DNA of 64,000 nt, from NCBI RefSeq assembly GCF_030144855.1, contig NC_082711.1:118234001-118298000 (forward strand), read 5' to 3'. The notes under the pieces are model-generated. The model worked only from the letters and a program-made list of their open reading frames with translations. It made no database searches and was not told where the DNA came from. Both the position numbers and the translations under genes were made by a program. This document shows positions 23,308 to 35,394 of the stretch, in pieces. The stretch is from Hypanus sabinus (Eukaryota). Every line of letters starts with the position of its first letter. The first letter of the stretch is position 1.

Positions 23308-26300
23308 AAGTAGGCCATTCAGCCCATTGAGTCTGTTCTGCTATTCAATCATAGGCTGATCCAATTCTTCCACTTCCCTGCTTTCACCCCATACCCCTTG
23401 ATGCCCTGGCTAATCAAGAACCTATCTATCTCTGCCTTAAATGCACCCAATGACTTGGCCTCCACAGCCACTCATGGCAACAAATTCCACAGATTTAACA
23501 CCCTCCGACTAAAGTAATTTCTCCACATCTCTGTTCGAAAAGGACATCTTTCAATCCTGAAGTCCTCTTGTCCTAGACTCCCCTACCATGGGAAATAACT
23601 TTGCCATATCTAATCTGGTCAGAGCTTTTAAACATTCATTCAGATTGTTTCTATAAGATCCCCCCTCATTCTCCTGAACTTCAGAGAATACAGCTCAAGA
23701 GGTGCTAGATGTTCCTCATATGGTAAACCTTTCATTCCTGGAATCATTCTTGTGAATCTTTTCTGAACCTTCTCAACTGTCAGTATTTCCTTTCTAAAAT
23801 AAGGAGCCCAAAACTGCATACAATACTCCAAGTATGGCCTCACCAGTGCCTTATAGAGCTTCAACATCACATCCCTGCTCTTATATTCTACGCCTATAGA
23901 AATAAATACCAACTTGCCTTCTTCACAACCGAATCAACCTGGAGGTTTTAGGGTATTTAGGGTATCCTGCACAAGGACTCCCAAGTCCCTTTGTATCTCT
24001 GCATTTTGACTCTGTCCTCATCTAAATGATAGTCTGCCTGATTATTTCTTCCACCGAAGTGCATGACCATACACTTTCCAATATTGTATTTCATTTGCCA
24101 CCTCTTTGACCATTCCCTAAACTACCTAAGTCTCTCTGCAGGCTCTCAACACTACCCACTCATCCAACTGTCTTTGTATCATCGGCAAATTTACCCACAA
24201 GTCTATGAATCCCATAGTCCAAATCATTGACATACATCATAAAAAGCAGTGATCCCAACACCGACCCCAGTGGAACTCCACTGGTAACTGGCAGTCAGCC
24301 AGAATAGGATTCCTACTCTCTGTTTTCTGCTGAACACCCAATGCTCCACCCACTAATAACTTCCCTGTAATTCCATGGGCTCTTAACTTGTTAAGCAGCC
24401 TCATGTGCAGCACCTTGTCGAAGGTCTTCTGAAAATCCAAATACACCACATCCACTGCATCTCCTTTGTCTACCCTGCTTGTAATTTCCTCCAAAAATTG
24501 CAGTAGGTTAGTCAGGCAGGATTTTCCTTTCAGGAAACCATAATGGTTTAGGCCTATCTTGTCATGTGCCTCTAGATATTCTGTAATCTCATCCCTAACA
24601 ATTGATTCCAACAACATCCCAATCACTGATGTCAGGCTAACAGGTCTATAGTTTCCTTTCTGCTGCCTCCCACCTTCTTAAATAACAATTTTCCAGTCAT
24701 CCAGTACAATGCCAGAATCTATTGATTCTTCAAAGGATGCCTCTGCAATCTCTCCAGCTATTTCCTTCAGAACCCAAGGATGCATTCCATCAGATCCAGG
24801 AGATGCATCCACCCTCAGACCTTTAAGCTTCCTGAGCACCTTCTCAGCTGTAATTTGTACTGTACAAACTTCACTTCCCTGACACTCTTGAATGTCCGGT
24901 ATACTGCAGATGTGTTCCACTGGGAAAAATGATGAAATATTTATATTCAGTTCCTCTGCCATCTCTGCATCTCTCATTACAATATCACCAGCGTCATGTT
25001 CTATTGGTCCTATATCTACCATCAACTCTCATTTACCCTTTATATATTTAAAAAAGCTTTTACTTTCTCCTTTGATATCAGTCATCAGCTTCCTTTCATA
25101 ATTAATCTTTTTCTTCCTAATGACCTTCTTAGTTTCCCTGTGCAAAAGCATCCCAATCCTTTATCTTCCCACGAGCTTTGGCTTCCTTGTATGCCCTCTA
25201 TTTTGCTTTTACTTTGGCTCTGACTTCACTTGTCAGCCACGGTAGTGTCCTTCTTCCATTCAAAAATTTCTTCTTATTTGGAATATCTGTCTTACACTTC
25301 CCTCATTTTTTGCAGAAACTCAGTTCTTGCTGCTCTGCTGTCCCTTTCCATTCAACTTTGGCTGTTTCCCTTTTCATACCATTGTAATTTCCTTTATTCC
25401 TCTGAAATATCGACACATTGGAATTCAGCTTCTCCTTCGCAAATTTCAAAATGAACTTTGTAATATTGTGATTACTGAACCCTAAGGGTTCCTTAACCTT
25501 AAGCTCTCTTATCACCTCTGGATCATTGCACAACACCCAATCCAGCACAGCCGATCCCCTAGTGGGCTCAACAAGCTGTTCTAAAAAGCCATCCTCCAGA
25601 CATTCTAAAAATTCTCTCTCTTGAGGTCCAGTACTGGCCTGGTTTTCCCAATCCACTTTCATGTTAAAATCCCCAACAATTATCATGACATTGCCTTTCT
25701 GACATGCCTTCTCTATCTCCTTCTATCCCGGCTGCTGTTTGGAGGCATATATACAACTCCTATTAAGGTCCTTTTGCCCTTGCCATTTCTTAACTCAACT
25801 CATAGAGACTCTACACCTTCCGATCCTATGTCATTTCTTTCCAATGATTTAATATTATTTCTTATACACAGAGCTACACCACCCCTTCTGTCTACTAACC
25901 AATCTTTCTGATATACTGTATATCCTTGAACCTCCAGCTCCCAATGGTAGCCATCTTTTAGCCAAGATTCAGAGATGGCCACAACGTTGTATTTGCCAAT
26001 CTGTAGCTGAATTTCAAGATTGCCCATTTTATTCTTTATGCTGTGTGCATTCAAATACAACACTCTCAGTCCAGTATTTGTTGCTTTCTGTTTTAGCTGC
26101 ACCACACCTCTATTGCCCTATAACTCACGCCACTGGCTTTGATTAAGCCTTATCTCCTACATGTTCTTTCTATAATCTCTGTTGCACACTATCTTTGATT
26201 TATTTCTGTTTTCCTCTTCCTCAGCCCTATCACTCCGGTTCCCATCCCCCAGCCAAATTAGTTTAAACCCTCCTGAACAGCTGAATTAAATGTGCCTGCT

Positions 26301-27225
26301 AGAATATTGGACCCTTTTGGTTTCTGGTGTTACCTGTCCTTTTTGTACAGGTTGTACCTCCCCCAGAAGAGGCCCCAATGATCCAGGAATCTGAAGTTCT
26401 GCTCCCTACACCAGTCTTTTAGTCCCAAAATGATATGCCTGATCATGCTATTCTTGCACTCACTAGCAGGTGGCACGGGCAGCAATCCTGAGAGGACTAC
26501 CCGGGAGGTCCCATTTTCAGCTTCCTACCGAACTCCATGAATTCTTTCTTCAGGGCCTCCTCCCATTTTTTTCACCAACGTGTACCAAGACTTCTGGCTG
26601 GTCACCCTCTTCCTTCAGAATACTCTGCACCTGATCCGAGACATCCCATACCCTGGCATCTGGAAGGCAACACACCATGCGGCTAACTCTATCAGGCTGA
26701 CAGAACCTCCTCTCTGTTCCCCTCACTATGGAATCCCCTATGACTACCACATTTATCATCTTCCTCTTTCCCTTCTGCACCACGGAACCAGGCTCAGTAC
26801 CAGAGACCCGATCGCTGTGTTCGTCCTCTGTCAGGTTATCTCCCTCAACCGCTTCCAAAACAAGGTAACAATTACTGAGGGGGATGGCCACAGCGGTGCC
26901 CTCTACTATCTGAGCTCTTTCCCTCGTTTCCCTGATGATCACCCATTTATCTAACTCCTGCAGACTTGGGGTGACTAACTCCCCGTAGCTCCTCTCTATC
27001 TCCTGTTCACTCTCCCTAATCAGCTGTAGGTCATCAAGCTCAGATCCAGATCCCTAACATGGTCTCTCAGGAGCTGCACCTGGTGCAGATGTGGCCACCT
27101 GGGAGACTGGAAGATTCCCAGGATTCCCATATCCAACAGCATGAGCATGCCCTCCATGCAGTACTTCCCTGTCTTCCCTCTGCCTCAGTAAAGCAGCCAC
27201 CATTGTCAGAGACCCCACCCATCTC
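23308..27225 (-). mobile_element. Near full-length degenerate CR1
   Basis: 3' tail at 23308; RT (DFQKTFDKVLH), EN (VVAISESWL, IIVGDFN), ORF1 (VVIGDSIVRG; CSCC.IWE...HICTRC). Confidence 0.92.
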
Positions 27226-27559
27226 AGACATTCTCTCCCATCCACCAGATGACTCAAAAACCTGAAGGCATTCACCAGCAGGATCAAAACTGATGGCAGA
27301 TACAGTGGGGACAATTAAGAAACTGTAACACAGGCAGATGGATGATAGAAAATTTGAGAGCAATGCTGGAAGTTCAAAGGTCTATTGTATAGTCAAAGTA
27401 TGCATGTAGAACACAATGATTTTGCCTTCTCCAGATAGCCAAGGAATATTGAAAGATCATGAGTATGGATAAAAGAAAAGACATCAACTCCCCCATCCCC
27501 GGCACAAAAAAGAATCAAAACAGAATAGAGTTTATTTCATTTCTTACATCTATCTCTCA

Positions 27560-27890
27560 ACATGAGGGATTCAAAATCTTAATGTTGCATCTCCGTTGCT
27601 ACATGTTGCCCAAACACTAAGATTGTGCATGTTATTGTTTTGTATACGTATTTACAATCAGATACAATGTCCAGTCAGATATACAATCAGATCAATGCGT
27701 ATTGATAAATCTGATTGCCTGGTGAAAGAAGCTATCCCGGAGCCTGCTGTTCCTGGCCTTTTGCTGTGGTACCTCCATACAGAGGCAGCCAAAACAATTT
27801 GAGCTTGGGGTGGCTGGAGTCCCTGATTATCATCTGGGCCATTTTTATGCACCTGCTGCTGGAAATGTCCTGAATAGAGGTGGAAAATGA
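27560..27890 (-). mobile_element. Rex1/Babar 3' fragment
   Basis: Minus ORF SIQDISSSRCIKMAQMIIRDSSHP...LP. Confidence 0.7.
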
Positions 27891-30227
27891 CCCACTATAG
27901 ACCTCACTGCTTCTGTAACAGTCCTCAGGCCCTATTGACCTGCCTGTCTCTACAATCCTCTCCAAACCCCATAGACCTCCCTGTCTCTTTAATCACCTCC
28001 AGACCCTATATTCTTCTCTCTCTAATCTCCTTGAACATATATAGTCCTCCCATTCTCTGTAATCCCCTCCAATACCTTTGGTTCTCCCTGCCTCTGCAAC
28101 AGCCCCCAACCCCTCTAAAATTCCTTGTTACTGCAACGTCCTCCAAGCCTCATAGACCTCACTGCCCCTGTGATGGTCTCCAGACCCTGTAATCCTCCCT
28201 GTCTAACCCTAACCCTAACCACTATAGATCTCACTGTCTCTGTAACCCCCTCCAGGCCCAATTGACCCCCTCTATCTGTAAGCCTACAACCCCAGTAGGC
28301 CTTCCTGTCTCTGTAGCCCCCTCCAAGCTGCATCAACTTTGCTGGCTCTGAGATAGTCACCAGATTCTAAAATCCTCCCAGTCTCTGGAACCGCACCTTT
28401 GTCCTTCCTGTCTCTGGAAACCCAAAAACCATTGTACAGTAAAAATCCCTGTGTCTGTAAACTTCCAGATCCCACAGACCTCACTGTCTCTGAAACAGCC
28501 TCTGATCCATTCAGACCCTCCTGTCAACGTAACCCCCTCCAACCACTCTGGAGCTTCCTTTCCCTGTAACCCTCTCCAATTTCCATAGAGCTCCCCATTT
28601 CTGAGATAGTCTCCAAACCCCTCCAGGTCAAATAGACCACCCTACATCTATAACACCCACCAAATGCTATCGACCATCCTGTCTCTGGAAATCACTCCCA
28701 ACCCCATATTCCTCACTGTTTCTGAATCAGTCTCCAACCCTTACAGCCTCCCTGCCTTTGTAACACTCTCCAACACCTATTGACCCTCCTGTCTCTGTGA
28801 CAATGCAGAGCCCATGGACCTCCTTGTCTCTGTAACCCCCACCTACTTCTGTAGAACTCCCTGTCTCTGTAACAGCCCTCCAACCGCTATAGACCTTCCT
28901 GCCTCTGGAAACCCACTCTGAGCTCCATAGACCTTCCTGTCTCTGAGACAGTCTCCAGATTCTATAATCCTTTCTATCCCTGTAAACCCCTCCAGACCAG
29001 ATACATCTTCATGTCTCTGTAAACCCCTCAAACCACCATCGACCCTCCTGTTTCTGTAACTCCAGCAGACCATATAGACCTCTCAATCTCAGTAACCCAC
29101 TCCATCCCCTATAGATCACTCTTTCTCTGTCACCTCCTCCAAGCCCTCACTTTCTGTGTAAGCCCCTCCAACCGCTATGGACCTCTCTCTGTGTAGCCCC
29201 CTCCAGAACATAAAGACACATCTGTCTCTGTAACCCACTCCAGTAACTGTTGCCTTTCCTGTCTCTGTAAACCCTTGCAGGCCCCATGGACCTCCCCAAC
29301 TTTGTAACTTCCTCCATTCCCTTTACTGAATCCTGTCTCTGTAACCCCCTCCAGCCTCTATAGAACTCACTGTCTCTATGACAACATTCAGACCATGGAG
29401 ACCTTCCTCTGTAGCCCCAGTCCAACCCCGAAACCTCTGTCACCCTCTCTGAGCCCTTTAAACCTCCCTGTCTGTGTAATTGACTGCAGACCCTACATAC
29501 CCTGCTGTGTCTGGAACCAGCTCCAAATCCTATTGACCCCACTGGCTCTGTAACTCCCTCTAAACCCCTTTAGACTTCTCTATGTAACTGCTTCCAATCC
29601 CTACAGAATGCCCTGTCTCTGTAGCCCCCTCCAAAAACTATAGACCTCCCTGTCTCTGTAATCCCCTCGAACCCCTATATAGACCTATCCATCTCTGTAA
29701 TCCATTCCACAACCTATAGAACTCCCTGTCTCTAATTCTCCTCCAACCACTATAGATCTGCTTGTCTCTATAACCATCTTCAGACTCTATCAACCTCTCC
29801 GTCTCTGTAACAAACCACAATGGCGATTGAACTCCATGTCTCTGTAACCCCCTCCCGACCTTATCGACCCCTGTCTCCATAACAGTCTAGAATTCCAATA
29901 GACCTTCAGTTTCTGTAACCCCTCCAAACCCTCCATCTCTATAACACCCTGCATATCCCTATAGATAATGATCTCCAAACCCAATAGACCTGCCTGTCTC
30001 TGTCACCCCCTCCATATCGCTATAGATAACAATCTCCAACCCCTACAGACCTCCCTGTCTCTGTAACCCCCTCCATATCCCTATAGATAACAATTTCCAA
30101 CCCCAATTGTCCTGCCTGTCTGTGTAACAACTTCCAGATTACATAGACCTGCCTGTCTGAGTAACCCCCCCCCTCCAACCTCCATGGACCTTCTCTCTCT
30201 GAAACCCTTCCACATCCCACAGACCCA

Positions 30228-30945
30228 TAGTGAATGGTGACTCCTTTGCATTATTGGAAACAGCTTTATTTCTCAGTTTGATATCTCTTTTTTCCCCTTT
30301 CAAGGTTCCTTTGAAGACCCTGACCTGAAGATAAACTCTGACTTCGGATCTTTGTGGGAATGGGACCCACTCTCAGCTGCTTTTTGATATCCCAAGGACG
30401 CGCTCTGGAAGACTGGTTCGGCTTCAGGCTGCTGGATTTTCGTGCCTCTGGAGACGGGCTGATTCAAGGCTGACTGACATGTCGCGGGAGAACACGGAAG
30501 ATCGGAAGCAGCGGGCTTGCTGCTGGCTGTGTGTCCAGAGGTACAGAGCTCAGAAAAAAGCGAGACCACAGACTTTTAACACCATAAATCAGTGAGTTGT
30601 TTTGTAATGTCTCCCTTCTTGCTGTGAAATGGTGCCAAGTCTTTTTTCCCTTCTTCGGGAGAGAGGGAGTCTGTGGATTGTCAAATTACCGGGTGAGCGA
30701 GTAGTCTTTGGGGTACTGCAAGACTGTGTCTTTATTGATGCTTTGCTGCACATTTGAGTGCTTGGTGGAAAGTGTTGAAGTATTTTTGCTCCTGTGGGGG
30801 AAGTTGGGAGGGGCTTTGGTGTTCTAACATTTTAACTGTCTTTCATTCTTTGGGGCACTCCTTAGTTTTCCTGGATGTTTACAAAGAAAAAGAACTTCAG
30901 GATTTACATTGTATGCATTTCCCTGACATTAAATGTACCTATTGA
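30228..30945 (+). mobile_element. Non-autonomous LINE-tail element inserted in the satellite
   Basis: Non-coding CpG-containing head and tail ...GGATTTACATTGTATGCATTTCCCTGACATTAAATGTACCTATTGAA; the satellite resumes on both sides. Confidence 0.7.
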
Positions 30946-32607
30946 ATCCTCCCTATCTCTAACAGCCCTCCAACTCTTATTGAGCTGCCTGTCCGTGTAA
31001 CGTCTTACCAGCTCCATAGATCTCCCTGTCTCTGTGATAGTCTCCACAAACTATAACCCTCCCTGTCTCTGGAACCCCACCAGACGATACAGACCTCCCT
31101 GTCTCTGTAACAGACTCCAGACCCTATAGTCTTCGTCTCTGTAACAGCCTCCCTATCTTTATAATCTCATGCAGCTCCTTTAGATCTCTCTCTCCAACCT
31201 CTGTAGACCTCCCTTTCTCTGTGATGCCCTCCAACCACGAAAGACCTTCCTGCCTCTGTAATCCTCTGAAGATGCCACAGACCTCTCAATCTGTGTAATT
31301 GCCTCCAGACCATGTACACCTCCTTGTCTCTGTAACCCCCTCCAGACCAGAAAGGCATTCCTGTCTCAGTAACCCACCCCCCAAAACCTCTTGACCTTCC
31401 TGTCTCTGTAATAACCTGAAGACCCCATAGACATCCCTGTCTCTGTAATCCCCTCCAGCCCCTGTAGACATCCCTCTCTGACACCCCACTCTAATCTGTA
31501 TAAACCTCCCTGTCTCATACCCTACAGTTTCCAGACCCTACAGACCTCACTGTCTCTACAACAGCCTTTAGAACCGATAGTCCTCCCTGTCTCTGTAGCC
31601 ACATCAACCCCTATCAACCTCACCGTCTCCAGACCCCATAGACCTCCATGACCTTGTAACCCCCTCCAGATCATATAGATCTCCCTATCTGAGTAACCCA
31701 TTCCAACCACTATAGACCTCCCTGTCACTGTATACCCATCCAAACCACAGAATCTCTATCTCAGTAATCCCCTCTAGACCACATAGACCTCCCTGTCACT
31801 GTATACCCATCCAAACCACAGAATCTCCATCTCAGTAAACCCCTCCAGATCACGTAAACCTCCCTGTCACTGTAAACCCCACCAAACCTTATAGGCCTCC
31901 CTGGTTCTCCAACATACTCCAACCCCTGTAGACACCCCAGTCTCTGCAAGATCCATCCAAACACTATAGACCCTCCTGTCACTGTAACAGGGGTCCTCCA
32001 ACCCCTATGCTTCCAGCTCTGAACACCCCTCCAACCTCTATAGAACTTCCTGTTTCAGTGACCATTTCCAGACCCAAGACATGTCCCTATAACCCCACTC
32101 CAACCCTGAAAGACCTCCCTTTCTCTGTCACCCTCTCCGAGCCCTTTAAACCTCCCTGTCTGTGTAACTGACTGCAGACCCGACATACCTTGCTGTGTCT
32201 GTAACCTGCTCCAAATCCTATTGACACCACTGGCTCTGTAACACCCTCCAAACCCCTTTAGACCTCTATGTAACTCTTTCCAATCCCTACAGAATGTCCC
32301 CTCCAAAATCTATAGACCTCCCTGTCCATTTCCAGACTCAAGAGACGTCTCTGTCCCTACATCCCCTTTAGACTTTCCTCTCTGTAAACTCACTCCAACC
32401 ACCATTTCAGTAACAGTCCCTAGATCCGACAGACCCTCCCCTGTCTCTGTAACAGCCTCTAGACCCTATGTAACTCCATGCGTCCGTAACCCCCTCCTCT
32501 ATAGAACTCCTTGTCTGTGACACCCCTCCAACTCCTATAGATAATCCTAGCTCAGTGACAGTCCTCAGACCTGAGACCTCCTTGTCCCTATAACCCCAAA
32601 CAAACCA

Positions 32608-32830
32608 TTTAGACCTCCCTCTCTGTAATCTCCTTTAGACCTCCCCCTCTGTAATCTCCTTTAGACCTCCCCCTCTGTAATCTCCTTTAGAGCTCCCTCT
32701 CTGTAATCTCCTTTAGACCTCCCCCTCTGTAATCTCCTTTAGACCTCCCTCTCTGTAATCTCCTTTAGACCTCCCTCTCTGTAATCTCCTTCAGACCTCC
32801 CCCTCTGTAATCTCCTTTAGACCTCCTCTT
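32608..32830. repeat. 26-bp homogenised sub-array (about 8.5 units)
   Basis: TTTAGACCTCCCTCTCTGTAATCTCC with period 26; a shortened satellite monomer. Confidence 0.93.
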
Positions 32831-35394
32831 TAACCCCACTCCAACCCCTATAGGCCTTTATGTTTCTGAAAATCTCCAGATTCAGATTCAGTCAGATTCT
32901 GACTTCCCTTTATCTATAACCCATCCAGCACTTTCAGACCTCCCTTTCTCTAAAGGGGTTGGAGGAGGCTTGTGGCTGGGATCCCAACATTTATAGGAAT
33001 CCCAGTCTCTGTAGCCTCCTCCAACCCTTTTAGACCTCCCTGTTTCTGTCACCCCCTCCAACTTCTGTAGAAATTCCCTGTCTCTCTAATCCCATCAGAC
33101 CACTATTGACCTCCATATCTCTACATACCCCTCCAACACCAAAAGACCTCCCTGTATCTGAAACAACCTCCAGATCATATAGAACTCCCTGTCTCTGTAA
33201 CCACTTCCAAACCATATAGAAAAACCTGTCTCTGTAAGTGCCTTCAACCACCATGGACCTTCCTATCTCTGGAAACTCCTCCAGACCCAATAGACCTCAC
33301 TGTCTCTGAACAGCCTCCAACCTTTTCTACCTCCCTGTTTCTGTAACAGCCTTCAACCCCAAAAGACCTTCCTGTCTCTGCATCCCCCTCCAAGCTCCAT
33401 AGGCCTTCCTGTCTCTGAGATAGTTTCCAGATCCTATAACCCTCCCTGTCTCTGGAACCCCACCAGACCATATAGACCATAGTCTCGGCAAACCTCTCCA
33501 TCCTCTGTTTCTAGAACTCCATTTGAACCCCTTTACGCCTTCCTCTCTGTAATCCCATCGTACAGACCACCCTTTCCCTGTAAACCACTCCAACTCTATA
33601 GACCTCCCCTCTCTGTAACATCCCTTCAATCGCTATAGACTGAGAGTCTGTGAGTCTCCGGACTCTGGATTTCCCTTTCTCTATAAATCCCATCAACCCC
33701 TTTAAACCTCCTTGTCTCTGTAACAGCCTACAACCTCTTTAGAGCTCCCTATCGGTAACACCCTCCAAACCCTATAAACCTCCTCGTCCATGGAACCTCT
33801 CCAACCCCTATAGACCTTCCTGTCCTTGTAAGCACCTCCTATCTCTATAGACAACCCTATCTCAATAACAGTCTACAACCTCCAATGCCTGTAGACCTCC
33901 CTGTCTCAGTAACCATCTACAATACCGACCCTATCGACATTCCTCTGTCCATAACAGTCTATAACTCCAATAGACCTCCCCAATTCTGTAATTCCCTCCA
34001 ACCCCTTAAGTCCTCCATATGCCTGTAACCCCCTTCAACCCCAATAGACCTCTGTGTCACAATAACTCCCTCCAACCCTTATAGACTTCCCTGTCTCTGC
34101 AACCTCCTCCAACCCCAGTAGATCTCCCTGTCAGTTTCCACACCCTATAAGATCACAGATCACAAGAAAAAGGAGCAGAAGTAGGCCATTCAGCTCCGCC
34201 ACTCCACCATGAGCTAAACTATTCTCCCATCGAGTTCCAATTTCTGGCTATTACCCCATATCCCTTGATACCCTGACTAATTAGATACCTATCAATCTCC
34301 TCCTTAAACACCCTCAATGATCAGGCCTCCACAGCTATATCCTCTTGTCCTGGCTGTAGCCATATATCCACAACCCTCTGGCTAAAAAAAAATATTTTCT
34401 CATCTCTGTTTTAAATGGGTACCCTCTAATTCTAAGACTGTGGCCTCTTGTCCTGGATTAACCCACCAAGGGAAACAGCCTTTCCACATTTACTCTGTCC
34501 AACACTTCCAACATTCGAAATGTTTCTATGAGATCCCCTCTTATTCTTCTATACTCTAATGAATACAGTCCAAGAGCCGACTAACACTCCTCATATGTAA
34601 GTCCCTGCATTCCAGCAATCATCCTCGTAAATCTTCTCTGAACTCTCTCCAACATCAGTATATCCCTTCTAAGATAAGGGGCCCAAAACTACACACTGTA
34701 TTCCAAATGAGGTCTCACCAGTGCCCCATAGAGCCTCATCAACACCTCCTTACTCGTATACACTATTCCTCTTGAAATGAATGTCAACATAGCATTCGCT
34801 TTCCTTACTGCTGATCCAACCTGGTGTTTAACCTTTAGCATATCCTGCACGAGGATCCCCAATTCCCTTTGCACTTCCGATTTTTGAATTTTCTCTGTAC
34901 ACTTCTCAACATTGTATCTCATCTGCCATTCCTTTGTCCACTCTCATAAACTGACCAAGTCTCTCTGCAACCTTTCTGTTTCTTCAACACTTCCTGCTCC
35001 TCCACCTATCTTGGTGTCATCCACAAACTTAGCCACAAAACCATTTAATCCATAATCTAAGTCATCCATATACAGTGTAAAAAGAAGCAGCCCCAACACT
35101 GAACCCTGCGGAACACCACTAGTAACCAGCAACCAACCAGAGTAGGATCCCTTTATTTCCACCCTTTGCTTTCTGTGATCAGCCAATGCTTCACCCATTC
35201 CAATATCTTGCCTGTAATTCCATGGGGTTGCAGCTTATTAAGCAGCCTCTTATGTGACACCTTATCGAAGGCCTTTTTGAAAATCCAAACAGACAACATC
35301 CACAGACTCTCCCTTGTCAATTTTATTTGAGATTACCTCAAAAAATTCCAATAGGTTGGTGAGGCAGGATCTTCCCTTCATGAAACAATGCTGG

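Larger units (their letters stand above)
27890..34145. repeat. Degenerate ~36-bp C-rich satellite with higher-order structure
   Basis: Recurrent monomer CTATAGACCTCCCTGTCTCTGTAACCCCCTCCAACC over about 6.2 kb, interrupted at 30228-30945. Confidence 0.93.

Noticed and set aside
27890-34145. Immunoglobulin switch-like region
   Set aside because: G-rich asymmetry is present, but it is not AGCT-dense and no Ig constant exons are adjacent.
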